Source: Spirochaetia bacterium (GTDB lineage: Bacteria > Spirochaetota > Spirochaetia > CADAEX01). From it: a stretch of DNA of 64,000 nucleotides. Below the pieces are notes generated by a model. That model saw nothing but the letters and a program-made list of their open reading frames with translations, made no database searches and was not told the origin of the DNA. Numbering within the stretch: position 1 is the first letter of the stretch; each line of letters starts with the position of its first letter. Shown in pieces: positions 9,136-19,057 of this stretch. The stretch spans positions 128,001-192,000 of the forward strand of contig CAXXHA010000001.1 in assembly GCA_963662265.2 (NCBI GenBank), written 5' to 3'. The position numbers and the translations under genes are program-made.

Positions 9136-10284
9136 ATGGAAATTACTAATCTAAAAAAAAATACATATCATCAGATACAGTATATCTGTATAATTATTTA
9201 TACAGTTTTAAACAATGCTCATAATCTAGCTCATTTGATTACCCGAGATTATTTTTCTCCAGGAATTGTTGTTTTCAATTCATTAAATGTTTTAATCCTA
9301 TTTGTAATTAAACTTCGTAATAAAAACTATCATCATGTAGCAGATCATCTATTTTTTTCTGTTTTTATTGTTACAGTAATGGCTATGAACTTTTTTGAGA
9401 AAAATCTTTTCTATCAGAATAATTTACTCTTAGCTTATCCAATAATAATATCAATTATGTTTTCAAGAAAAAGAAACATAATTATATATAGCTCGGTTGT
9501 AGTGATTTATTTTTCTATTACCCAATTTTTTTTCAGAGATAGCATTTCAAAAGAGTTTTTTTCAATTTTGCTAATATTTATCATTTTTATTGTTTCAGGA
9601 TATATTTATTCAGATTTTGTTCACAATCTTGAAAAAAAAGATAAAAAAGCTTCAACAGAGCTTTTTAATACTTCACTTACCCTTCTGGGGAGGGTTGCTG
9701 AATTAAAAGATGTTGAAACTCACAACCATCTGGTGAGAGTTCCTATTATCATAGAATTAATCACACAACGCCTTAAAAATCACTCCAAATATAATAAAAT
9801 ATTAAGTGGAAGCTATATTGAGAACATTATTAAAGCTTCTATCCTTCACGACATCGGAAAAATTGCTATTGATGATTCTATACTTTTAAAGAGAGGAAAG
9901 TTAAGTGATAAAGAATTCGACAAAATGAAATTGCATACAATTGTAGGTGCTGAATTATTACAGGATGCCCAGTTAAATGTAGAAAAAAAGGAATTATTTT
10001 CAGTTGCAATAGAAATTGCAAAATATCACCATGAACGATGGGATGGTCATGGCTATCCTGAAGGATTAACAGGAACAGAAATCCCCCTTGCCGCAAGAAT
10101 TATGGCAGTTGCTGATGTATATGATGCACTTATTTCAAAACGCCCCTATAAAAATGCGTTATCAGATGATGAAGCTTTAAATATTATAAAAGCAGGATCA
10201 GGTACACAGTTCGATCCTGCCATTGTAAAAAGCTTTACAAAAATTCATCATAAAATATATCCAAAAGTTAAAAAACTTTTATAA
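9136..10284 (+). CDS. Membrane-bound HD-GYP c-di-GMP phosphodiesterase
   Basis: N-terminal TM helices; LHDIGK, HHERWDGHGYP, ADVYDAL and QFDP motifs. Confidence 0.92.
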   Translation: MEITNLKKNTYHQIQYICIIIYTVLNNAHNLAHLITRDYFSPGIVVFNSLNVLILFVIKLRNKNYHHVADHLFFSVFIVTVMAMNFFEKNLFYQNNLLLAYPIIISIMFSRKRNIIIYSSVVVIYFSITQFFFRDSISKEFFSILLIFIIFIVSGYIYSDFVHNLEKKDKKASTELFNTSLTLLGRVAELKDVETHNHLVRVPIIIELITQRLKNHSKYNKILSGSYIENIIKASILHDIGKIAIDDSILLKRGKLSDKEFDKMKLHTIVGAELLQDAQLNVEKKELFSVAIEIAKYHHERWDGHGYPEGLTGTEIPLAARIMAVADVYDALISKRPYKNALSDDEALNIIKAGSGTQFDPAIVKSFTKIHHKIYPKVKKLL

Positions 10285-10415
10285 TTATTTAATCTTATTA
10301 AGGTTGTAATGGAACAAAAGGATTCTTTGATTCAATAAACACTGTAAAAGTTAATATTGCCTAAAGTTTCCATCCTTTTTTACCTTTCTATGATATTTAT
10401 TCAATCAGCCTGGAT

Positions 10416-10570
10416 CCCGTAGTGTCGCTTTATTATGTCCGAACCTTGTCCTATGTAGAACTTCTATAAAAATGAGGATTCAATCCCAATAAAACATCAT
10501 CACACACCACCTTACCACGGCCAATATTCACAGGCATAACAGTTAACACATTCATCCACAATCATTTTAT
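10416..10570 (-). mobile_element. 3' end remnant of the rve-type IS
   Basis: IVDECVNCY...GKVVCDDVLLGLNPHFYRSST*, then a putative end GCGACACTACGGG similar to CATCGATACGGG at 8546. Confidence 0.6.
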
Positions 10571-10673
10571 TACTTCTTAGAAATCAGAATAGGCGTTCCT
10601 GTACCGTAGTAAAATTATGTCTATTAAAATATTTATGCATGTTGGGTTATAGATGCACAAGGGATTTATAATA

Positions 10674-10718
10674 AATATAGGTATTTCTCTCTCAAACAGA
10701 GAAAGTAATACCTATATT
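10674..10718. terminator. Long hairpin downstream of the CMD 3' remnant
   Basis: AATATAGGTATT...AATACCTATATT inverted repeat. Confidence 0.5.
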
Positions 10719-10815
10719 AAATAATGATTGAAACAAATTGTTTTTTTAATATAATTGCAATAATAAAATACTAAAAATTCCTTGTTAACAACTTTTCTAA
10801 ATTACTATTTCACGT

Positions 10816-10871
10816 TTAATTCTCATCATCAATCATGCCAACATCTTTTAACAGCTCCATGACAATTGATA
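10816..10871 (-). pseudogene. Detached 3' end of the CMD/AhpD gene
   Basis: Reads IVMELLKDVGMIDDEN*, in frame with the 13646 ORF once the IS21 is removed. Confidence 0.85.
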
Positions 10872-10934
10872 TGGAAATGGCAAGTCATTTTCCCCACATT
10901 TAGGAAATTAAAAATCCCCCACCTGCAGAAAAAA

Positions 10935-11675
10935 TTATACCCCCTTTTTCTCCTGAATTCTATATGAATCTCCCTCAAGGGAGAAAACATGCGCATGATG
11001 TAAAAGCCTATCAAGCATTGCTGTTGTCATGATTTCATCACCCATCATTTCAGACCACTGATCAAAACCTTTATTTGAAGTAATTATTACTGACGATCTT
11101 TCATAGAGTTCGCTGATAAGATTAAAAAAAAGATTGGCCTCTTTTCTGTCGATAGGCGTATAGCCTATTTCATCAATAATTAGTAACGAAGATCTGAGAA
11201 TCCTGTTTATTCTGAATGAACTTGATCTCATAGTTTCCATTGTTTTCAACAGTTTTATTAGTGAAGTTATCCTTTCAAAACAGACAGTGTATCCGGCTTC
11301 AATTGCCTTGTACCCGAGAGCAATTGATAGATGTGTTTTCCCAAGGCCGGGAGGTCCAAAGAACATGATATTTTCAGATTTATCTATCCACCTGAAATCC
11401 TTGAGATTATTTAACTGTTCTTCAGTTATCCCTTTTATTCTTGAAAAATTGAATGTCTCAAGTTCCTTAATTACAGGAAAATGGGCACCTGTAAGATTTC
11501 TATGAAGACGTCTTTCATTTCTGAAATGTACTTCTTCTGTAAGAAGGATGCTTAAAAAATCAAGATGAGATATTTTCTCCTTTGTTGCTTTTTCAAGTGC
11601 CTCATCAAGATTAACAGATATTCCTTTAAGCTTTAGACTATCAAGTATTCCTGTACAGTAATCAAAACAGCTCAT
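10935..11675 (-). CDS. istB: IS21 helper ATPase
   Basis: GPPGLGKTHL, LLIIDEIGY, TSNK, LDRLLHH and GDSYR motifs. Confidence 0.97.
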   Translation of the reverse strand: MSCFDYCTGILDSLKLKGISVNLDEALEKATKEKISHLDFLSILLTEEVHFRNERRLHRNLTGAHFPVIKELETFNFSRIKGITEEQLNNLKDFRWIDKSENIMFFGPPGLGKTHLSIALGYKAIEAGYTVCFERITSLIKLLKTMETMRSSSFRINRILRSSLLIIDEIGYTPIDRKEANLFFNLISELYERSSVIITSNKGFDQWSEMMGDEIMTTAMLDRLLHHAHVFSLEGDSYRIQEKKGV

Positions 11676-13234
11676 AAAGCACCTCCTAAAAGACTTACAA
11701 GTGAGGTGTAGTAACTTAAATCCCTTTTCTTTACTTCTATGTTTTTATTCTCATGTTTTACAGCTTTTATTCCTGTAAGAAGCTGTGGCAGAATATCCGG
11801 ATAATTTTCAGTTTCACAGCTTCTTACATAAAGATAAGACTCTTCAAAATTCCTTGCAGATAGTGTTCCGTTTTCAATGCATAAATCTGCAGTTTTTGCT
11901 ATTAACTTATCATCAGGATTTGAGTTTATGAAAGCATAAAGCTCGCGCTGCTGATCTCTGTAATACCTGCTGTATTTTTTGTAATTCTGATCAACATATT
12001 GTTTCCATGAGTTACTGCTAAATCTGTTCTTTAATTTTTTGATAACTTCATCGGGCTTGGAATCATAATTCCTGAAATGATTATGTTTGGTTATTTTTTT
12101 CCCCTTTATCGGTGAGATTTTGTGCCTGGCAATCTCTTCTCCATCTATTTTGTCATAGATAAAAAGGTCTGTATCTGTTTGGTAAATCCAGACAGTTTTT
12201 TTTCTGAACCTGTTAGGGACAGAGTAAAATGAAGATGAAACACTTATCAATGATTTACTATTTACTTCCCTTGATTCTTTATTTATGATGCTTTCCCTTC
12301 TGAAAATAGACGGCTTTAATTTTTTAAAATGTGGAATCTCTTTAAGCAAAGCTTCTTGAGGAATTATTCCAGTTGCCTGGCATATTTTACCGTTAGCTCT
12401 TCTTGAAAGCCAATTATTTAATGCCTCCTGTATTTGATCAAAGGATGTGAAATGTCTTGCTGAAAAGAAACTGCTTTTGATGAATTTCACAAAGTTTTCG
12501 ACTTTACCTTTGCTCTCAGGGTCTGCTTTTCTGCAGACATACATCTTAAACCCCTGCTCATCCTTGAAGGCTTTAAATTCTTTTGTATACTTAATATCTC
12601 CGCTGTTTTCTTTAACAACCATGACTTTGTCCTGATCAATCACGATTTCTTCAGGTACCCCTCCTATTATTTCAAAGGTATCAAGTAAATGATTTATCAC
12701 ATCTATGGATTTAAACGGCCTCTTCTGTACTGCTGCATACTTGAATCTGCTTACAGATAGAATGACTCCAAAGATATATACTTTCTCACCGGTTTCTATT
12801 TCAGTTTCTCCGAAATCAAGCTGTAGTTGTTTTCCATGTGGAAGTTCTTCAACCGGTGTATAGATTCTCTTGTATTCGTAATTATCTACTTCTCCTGTTT
12901 TCTTTAAGAAAATGAGATAATTTCTCAAAGTCCTTTCAGTGCCGGGAAGTTCTCCATATTTTTCTTCAAGAACATCATAGATTGATGAAGTGTATATTTT
13001 ATTGTTATTTAAATTAAAAATATTCAGTATTTCATCTTTGAAAGGAGCAAAAATCTTTTCCTTTTCTACACTGTTTATCTGGTATTCAAGATACTCTGCT
13101 TCCGACATTTCAAAGTATTTTCTAACTGTTTTTCTGTCGATTTTTAATTCTCTGGATATTTTCCTTTTTGAATATCCTCTATTCTTGAAAACTCTTATTT
13201 TTTGGTACATATTCATAGTAATCATTTGAGTCAT
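11672..13234 (-). CDS. istA: IS21 transposase
   Basis: N-terminal HTH (IDRKTVRKY), QLDFG, GGVP...DQ and KGKVE motifs; 4-bp overlap with istB. Confidence 0.96.
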   Translation of the reverse strand: MTQMITMNMYQKIRVFKNRGYSKRKISRELKIDRKTVRKYFEMSEAEYLEYQINSVEKEKIFAPFKDEILNIFNLNNNKIYTSSIYDVLEEKYGELPGTERTLRNYLIFLKKTGEVDNYEYKRIYTPVEELPHGKQLQLDFGETEIETGEKVYIFGVILSVSRFKYAAVQKRPFKSIDVINHLLDTFEIIGGVPEEIVIDQDKVMVVKENSGDIKYTKEFKAFKDEQGFKMYVCRKADPESKGKVENFVKFIKSSFFSARHFTSFDQIQEALNNWLSRRANGKICQATGIIPQEALLKEIPHFKKLKPSIFRRESIINKESREVNSKSLISVSSSFYSVPNRFRKKTVWIYQTDTDLFIYDKIDGEEIARHKISPIKGKKITKHNHFRNYDSKPDEVIKKLKNRFSSNSWKQYVDQNYKKYSRYYRDQQRELYAFINSNPDDKLIAKTADLCIENGTLSARNFEESYLYVRSCETENYPDILPQLLTGIKAVKHENKNIEVKKRDLSYYTSLVSLLGGAL

Positions 13235-13342
13235 TCCTGGTAGTTTTTGTCGTGATTACATACTAAGGTTTGACTCTTTTTTTTCCTATAGGGTGGGGAA
13301 TTTTATTTTCCATCCTATGGGGATTTCATGTTACCATTTCCA

Positions 13343-13646
13343 TTGATATTTTAGATCCAGCCATTGATCCGCCAAGGGAAATCATTACAGAGCAGGTTTC
13401 CATAATCTCATTTATTGTTGCTCCCTCATCAATAGCCTTTTTTAATTGCCCGAGAATACACCCCTTACACCCCATAACAATAGCAGCCCCCATTGCCATA
13501 AGACGTTTAGTCTTAGTGTCAAGGACTCCTGGCTCATAAGTTTTATTGTAATGTGCCTGGTAAACTTCCCCCAGTTCCCCTTGCATCTCGATTACTTTCC
13601 AGAAATTATCACTTATCTGATTATACTCTTCACTGATATTTCCCAT
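13343..13646 (-). pseudogene. Carboxymuconolactone decarboxylase/AhpD-like gene truncated by IS21
   Basis: LDTKTKRLMA, CKGC (CxxC) and GATINEI motifs; the last codons of the listed ORF come from the IS end. Confidence 0.85.
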
Positions 13647-13801
13647 TATAATTCCTCCTTTGGGTATAAAACCTTATTTATAAAATTTTTAAAAAAGACT
13701 GATTCCGGGTATTGTATTTTTCATTTTATCCCCCAGTTGACTTTAATCTTAAGATAGACCATTTTTATTCATAAGGGAAACGAATAATATTGATATCAAA
13801 C

Positions 13802-13816
13802 ATCAATATTATTGAT
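13802..13816. promoter_or_regulatory. LysR recognition site
   Basis: ATCAATATTATTGAT palindrome between the divergent CMD and lysR genes. Confidence 0.6.
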
Positions 13817-13834
13817 ACTAAATAAGGAGGAGGC

Positions 13835-14707
13835 ATGGAATTACCTTCTGATTTGTTAAGAACCTTCATTACAGCCGCCGACATGCAAAGCTATACAACT
13901 GCTGCTTCAATTGTGCACCGTACACAATCTGCGGTGAGTATGCAAATAAAACGTTTGGAAGAAATCACAGGAAAACAGTTATTTTTGCGCAATGGACGGT
14001 CCATGATACTCACAGAAGAGGGCCGAACCTTGCTTCATTATGCTCGTCGAATTCTAAAACTTCAAGATGAAGCTGTTGCAGCTATATTCCAGCCGGAAAT
14101 TTCAGGCAGTGTGCGGCTTGGCGCACCTGATGATTTTTCTGATAGACTGTTACCGGAAGTTCTTTCACGTTTTTCTGAGGCTTACTCCCAGGTTCAGCTT
14201 AATGTGTACTGTGATTCAAGTTCTAAGCTGCTTAAAGCTATGAATCATGGAGAGCTTGATCTGGTTATACATATAAACAATGATATTCAATCACGTGGAA
14301 TTATTATACATCATGAACCAGTGGTCTGGATTACATCAACCAAGCATTTAACACATGAAAAGGAACCACTGCCTTTGGCTGTTTATAATAAAGAGTGTAT
14401 TTACCGCCAATGGGCAACTAAATCTCTGGACAATCAAAGTAGAGATTATCGTATTGCATTCAGCAGTCCCAGCACCTCCGGAATTCTTGCAGCAGTCAGG
14501 GGGGGATTAGCAATAGCTGCAGTCGGGAAAAACAGCATCCCTGAAAATGTTCAGATTTTGGGACCTGATGAAGGTTTTCCAGAACTACCATCAGCTGTTG
14601 TCTCCCTGATCAAGGCCCCAGGATTACAATCCAAAACTGTTGATTTCCTATCAGATCATATTAGAAACAGATTTCATGAATTAAGCGTTATTGGGATTGA
14701 TAAATAG
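13835..14707 (+). CDS. LysR-family transcriptional regulator
   Basis: N-terminal HTH (RTQSAVSMQIKRLEE) plus substrate-binding domain. Confidence 0.95.
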   Translation: MELPSDLLRTFITAADMQSYTTAASIVHRTQSAVSMQIKRLEEITGKQLFLRNGRSMILTEEGRTLLHYARRILKLQDEAVAAIFQPEISGSVRLGAPDDFSDRLLPEVLSRFSEAYSQVQLNVYCDSSSKLLKAMNHGELDLVIHINNDIQSRGIIIHHEPVVWITSTKHLTHEKEPLPLAVYNKECIYRQWATKSLDNQSRDYRIAFSSPSTSGILAAVRGGLAIAAVGKNSIPENVQILGPDEGFPELPSAVVSLIKAPGLQSKTVDFLSDHIRNRFHELSVIGIDK

Positions 14708-15023
14708 ATCAAATAAGATCTGATACTGAATATATTTTCATCAAACAACAGTTTATACTTTAACTCTTATAGTAGTAAAACTACTTCAATAAAAATATTC
14801 ATGACTGGAGATTTGTGGGGATAACAAACATTTTCGCAGTCTGTAACAGAAATTAAACATATAATACATGGATAAACAAGAGAAATATTTTTTATTTTTC
14901 TCCACTGACGACTTATGCAACAGAAGGGGAACATACATTTTAATGAACATATATTTTCGTTATTGATATAATATATCCCTTATTATAAAATAATTTATTA
15001 TAAAAAAAATTGGAGAATGAAAA

Positions 15024-15536
15024 ATGAAAAAAAGCCTTATTTTACTGTTATTATTAGTATTATTTTCATGTTCAACAACTGAAGAGAATATCTCAAATAA
15101 TGAGAATATTGCCATAGATAATTACTATGGTGAATGCTATAAATCAGATGAAGATCTGAACCTTAAAGTAACAATAAATAAGAACATTATGACATTCTAT
15201 ATTCTTGATGAAAACAAAAAAGTCATTTCTCCTATGATGGAAGCAACAATATCAAAAATATCAGATTCTGAAGCAGAAATTAATATCAATTCTGTATACT
15301 TTTCTGATTTTGAAATGGGAAAAGGCAGCGAATCTCCCTACAAATATAGCAAATTCACAAAAAAATCTTTAATAAATTATTATGTAGAGCAATTTGGCGA
15401 ATCAAAAGAAAAAGCGGAAAAAGAAGTTGAAGATCTATTTTATACAATTGATTATGAATATAAAATTTCTGAAGATGGTATATTAACTATAGATCCTTTT
15501 TCTGATGATAAAATGATATTTACAATAACAAATTAA
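15024..15536 (+). CDS. Hypothetical lipoprotein
   Basis: MKKSLILLLLLVLFSC lipobox; GGAG RBS. Confidence 0.7.
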   Translation: MKKSLILLLLLVLFSCSTTEENISNNENIAIDNYYGECYKSDEDLNLKVTINKNIMTFYILDENKKVISPMMEATISKISDSEAEININSVYFSDFEMGKGSESPYKYSKFTKKSLINYYVEQFGESKEKAEKEVEDLFYTIDYEYKISEDGILTIDPFSDDKMIFTITN

Positions 15537-15608
15537 AAAAATCATGTATAATTCCTTTTCCGGATTACTGGAATTTAATAAAATATTCTTCTGTTTATAT
15601 ATAAAGGG

Positions 15609-16274
15609 ATGATTATGAGGGACTATGGTGTTGTTTTTGATTTTAACGGAACTCTTTTCTGGGATACAATCTATCAAAATAATTCATGGCATGAATACTT
15701 GAAAATACATGATGTGACTCTTAGCCAAAAAGAACTTGAAGAACATGCTCATGGACGAAATGCTATCGATACATTTGAATATATTTTTAAAAGAAAAGTA
15801 TCACAATCTGAAGCTGACAGAATGACTGAAGAGAAAGAAGTATTATACAGACAGGCTTGTGAGAAAGTTAATGTAGAATTAGCCCCGGGATGTATATCAC
15901 TTTTCAACTATCTGCTTGAAAAAAATATTAAGATTGCTATTGCAACAGCATCAGGTAAATCAAATATGAATTACTTCATTAAAAAGTTTGATTTGTTAAA
16001 ATACTTCAAGAAAGAGAATATTATCTACAACGATGGTACATCAAGGGGAAAACCATATCCCGATCTTTTTCTAAAAGCAATTAATTCATTAAATATTCCC
16101 AATGAAAATGTTATAATATTTGAAGATTCAAAATCTGGAATTGAAGCAGCAAACAGAGCAAATGTCATGGATGTAATAATTGTAGATTCAAATAATGATC
16201 AGTTTGATATGTATAATTACAAGAGAATTACTCATTACGATCAGTTTGACAGGTCGGTATTTGGTAGAGATTAA
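15609..16274 (+). CDS. HAD-superfamily phosphatase (beta-PGM-like)
   Basis: FDFNGTL, ATAS, GKPYPD and FEDS motifs. Confidence 0.88.
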   Translation: MIMRDYGVVFDFNGTLFWDTIYQNNSWHEYLKIHDVTLSQKELEEHAHGRNAIDTFEYIFKRKVSQSEADRMTEEKEVLYRQACEKVNVELAPGCISLFNYLLEKNIKIAIATASGKSNMNYFIKKFDLLKYFKKENIIYNDGTSRGKPYPDLFLKAINSLNIPNENVIIFEDSKSGIEAANRANVMDVIIVDSNNDQFDMYNYKRITHYDQFDRSVFGRD

Positions 16275-16350
16275 AGCTTATAACAGAACTAAACGATACG
16301 TTCATTGAAGTACTGACTATATTACAGTAAAGTTTTTCGAGGTATGAAAC

Positions 16351-16935
16351 ATGACAAATGAACAAACTGGAAAATTGATTCGACGTTTACGATTGGAAAA
16401 AGAGATGACTCAAAAAGACCTGGCAAATATTCTCAATGTAACTGAACAAGCTGTATCAAAATGGGAACGGGGATTGGGGCTTCCAGATATTTCAATACTG
16501 CCTAAATTATCAGAATACCTGGAAGTCAATTTGAATGATATGCTGCTTGGAAGTTTGGATGAAAATGATATAGAAAAAAGTAAAATAAAGGAAATTAATT
16601 TTTATATTTGTCAATCATGCAACAACCTGATTTTCAGTACCGGGATACCTAAAATTTCATGTTGCGGAAGGACATTACAGAAATGTTTACCTGAGGAAGC
16701 AAAAGAGAAGGAAAAAATGATAATTCAGGAAGTTGAATATGACTGGTACATCACTTCTAATCATCCAATGAAAAAAGATAATTATATTTCATTTTCTGCC
16801 TTTATAGTAAATGGTAAGATTGAAATCTTTTCTCATTATCCTGAATGGAATTATGAATTAAGACTTCCAAGAATAAGTAAAGGAAAACTGTACTGGTATT
16901 CACAAAAAGAAGGTCTTAAATATCAATTATTATAG
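16351..16935 (+). CDS. XRE HTH regulator fused to a desulfoferrodoxin-like domain
   Basis: XRE HTH (QAVSKWERG); CQSCNN...SCCG and HPM motifs. Confidence 0.8.
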   Translation: MTNEQTGKLIRRLRLEKEMTQKDLANILNVTEQAVSKWERGLGLPDISILPKLSEYLEVNLNDMLLGSLDENDIEKSKIKEINFYICQSCNNLIFSTGIPKISCCGRTLQKCLPEEAKEKEKMIIQEVEYDWYITSNHPMKKDNYISFSAFIVNGKIEIFSHYPEWNYELRLPRISKGKLYWYSQKEGLKYQLL

Positions 16936-17115
16936 ATTTATTAATTAGCTAATGTAATTCAAATTATTCCAGCCCGATAAAGACAAGTTGAAGATTTTTT
17001 GAGTTTACCCCACAAAACTGGACAGTGAGAATCAATTGTATAAGACAAAACTTATCTATTGCTGCTGATTAAAGTTCTTCGAGATATTTTTCTACTTTAT
17101 CATCTTTCATAATTC

Positions 17116-17502
17116 TTATTTATAATATTGAACAAATTCTTCAGAAGGTTCCCTATCCGAATAAACATATACAGAGTTACCAATAGGATCAACAACAGAA
17201 AAACCACGGTCCCCCCAGGAGTGGTCTTCCAACGGCATGGCAATAGTTATGCCCAGGGATACCAGGCGGTTATATTCTGCATCAACATCATCAACATTTA
17301 TATTTATCATTATTCCATTCTCGGAAAAAAGCGCTTGTGTCCCCTTCGGCTGCATGAATTGAAGTGAAAAATCAGTTTCCAAAAGGGAGATATTTATATA
17401 CCATCCACAATCAAAAGTCACTTTACCGGAAAAATATTCCTTATAAAAAGAAATACATTCCTCAACCTTATTGGTAAAAAAACAGAAAGATAAGCTGTTC
17501 AT
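17116..17502 (-). CDS. VOC/glyoxalase family protein
   Basis: VDDVD, WGDRGF and DPIGN motifs. Confidence 0.88.
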   Translation of the reverse strand: MNSLSFCFFTNKVEECISFYKEYFSGKVTFDCGWYINISLLETDFSLQFMQPKGTQALFSENGIMININVDDVDAEYNRLVSLGITIAMPLEDHSWGDRGFSVVDPIGNSVYVYSDREPSEEFVQYYK

Positions 17503-17575
17503 AATCGCGCCCCCATTTCAGTAATATAGAAAAATGATAATAGAAATATTTTTTTTTGTATTGTAAAAATGCGAA

Positions 17576-18262
17576 CTAAGAGAGAATTTCCGAAGGGAGC
17601 ATCCCTGTCAGCATTTTAAACTCTTTTATCATATGAGACTGGTCATAGTAATTCATTACATACAGGCTATCCTTGTTTTTAATAAATGCATTTAACCGTT
17701 CTATTTGTGCAAAACGTTTTGGGGTTTTACCAAGATTTTTAATAAACTTTTTTTCCAGCATTCTACGGCTTATACCGACAGCTTCAGCCAGGATTTCAAT
17801 CTTAATATTTCCAGATGTTTTTTTTATTAATTTAATTGATTCAGAAATATACGGATCCTGTTTAAATCCATCAAAGCATGTAAATAAATTACTTGAAATA
17901 GCTTCAAAGGGAAATTTTCCATATTTAATATATTCTGTTTTGATTTTATCAAATGTATGTTTTTGTATTGCAGATAATTCAACAACTTTATCTGTAAGTT
18001 TAGACATTTCTTCCCGGATAAAAGCAACAGAATACCCGGGCTTTAATCTCAACCCCAGAAGTTTCTCATTTGATTTCGGATTGTGGACAAGATAAGATGT
18101 CATATGGCCAACATATTTTACCGGATCAGAACTATCAAGCGGAATAATAATATCAGAGTAATTATCAGGTAAAATTATTCTTGAGTCAGAGGAATTATCA
18201 GAAAACCAGATGTTTTCAAGAAAAGATGAACAATCAGCCGTTGGCAAATACTCTGTAAACAA
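17576..18262 (-). CDS. AraC-family regulator
   Basis: IILPD N-terminal domain; C-terminal YYDQSHMIKEFK; upstream of the VOC gene. Confidence 0.85.
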   Translation of the reverse strand: MFTEYLPTADCSSFLENIWFSDNSSDSRIILPDNYSDIIIPLDSSDPVKYVGHMTSYLVHNPKSNEKLLGLRLKPGYSVAFIREEMSKLTDKVVELSAIQKHTFDKIKTEYIKYGKFPFEAISSNLFTCFDGFKQDPYISESIKLIKKTSGNIKIEILAEAVGISRRMLEKKFIKNLGKTPKRFAQIERLNAFIKNKDSLYVMNYYDQSHMIKEFKMLTGMLPSEILS

Positions 18263-18545
18263 ATCTTCCTCCGCACAAAAAATATTTATAAATAATGTAA
18301 TTAAACTCAGTCGAAGATATCTGATTATATCAAATTAACTGCTGATTGAATATTATTTACTGTTCCATATAAAAAATGGATCAAAAAAACTGAAGACATA
18401 ATAAATCTATACAACATTCAATATCAGCATTTACAGCAGACAACAACAGAAATTAAACTTATAATATATTAAGTAAACAGTAATATTTTTATACTTCATC
18501 TGTTATAACATTTGAAGTAAAAAAACTTTTTAAGGGATAAATAAT

Positions 18546-18995
18546 ATGAAAAAAACAATTTTCTTTTTAATAATAATTACAGCTATTTTAATCGGTTGTA
18601 CCACAGAGAATAAAAATGTTCCACAATCTGCTGATCCCGAGATAACTGAAATTACCGGAATATACTGGAAATTAATAGAATTGAACGGAAGAGCAATAAC
18701 AGAAAATAACAAATTCAATAAGGAACCTCATTTTATATTGTTAAAAGAAAACAACAGGATTACAGGATCAGGAGGATGTAATATTTTCAATGGCAGCTAC
18801 ACAATTGAAAAAGGGAGCAGAATCATTTTTTCAGAAATGATGACTACCATGATGTCATGTCCAGGTATTGATATTGAAAGGGAATTTCTTGACATACTTG
18901 CAAAGTGCGACAATTTTTCTTTATCAGGAGATATTCTGCATTTGAATAAAGCAAGAATGGCCCCCCTTGCAAAGTTTCAGGCTGTCCCGCAATAG
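18546..18995 (+). CDS. META/HslJ domain lipoprotein
   Basis: Lipobox LIGC; WKLIELNG, GSGGCN and TMMSC motifs. Confidence 0.88.
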   Translation: MKKTIFFLIIITAILIGCTTENKNVPQSADPEITEITGIYWKLIELNGRAITENNKFNKEPHFILLKENNRITGSGGCNIFNGSYTIEKGSRIIFSEMMTTMMSCPGIDIEREFLDILAKCDNFSLSGDILHLNKARMAPLAKFQAVPQ

Positions 18996-19057
18996 CAGTG
19001 TTGCTGAAATCCGGCCGCACAGCAGTACAAAGGTTTCAAGTTGATAACGATTATATA

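Larger units (their letters stand above)
10872..13342 (-). mobile_element. IS21-family insertion sequence, 2471 bp
   Basis: Ends TGGAAATGG...CCATTTCCA, with internal TTCCCCA-like subterminal repeats; flanked by TTGATA at 10866-10871 and 13343-13348; carries istA and istB. Confidence 0.95.

Noticed and set aside
14905-14925. ACTTATGCAACA motif, also near 52520, as an IS end
   Set aside because: Too short to distinguish from chance in AT-rich DNA.
15024-16300. Integron cassette array, suggested by GCTTATAAC after the HAD gene
   Set aside because: No matching GTTRRRY partner forming an attC hairpin, no repetition of the site, and no intI gene.
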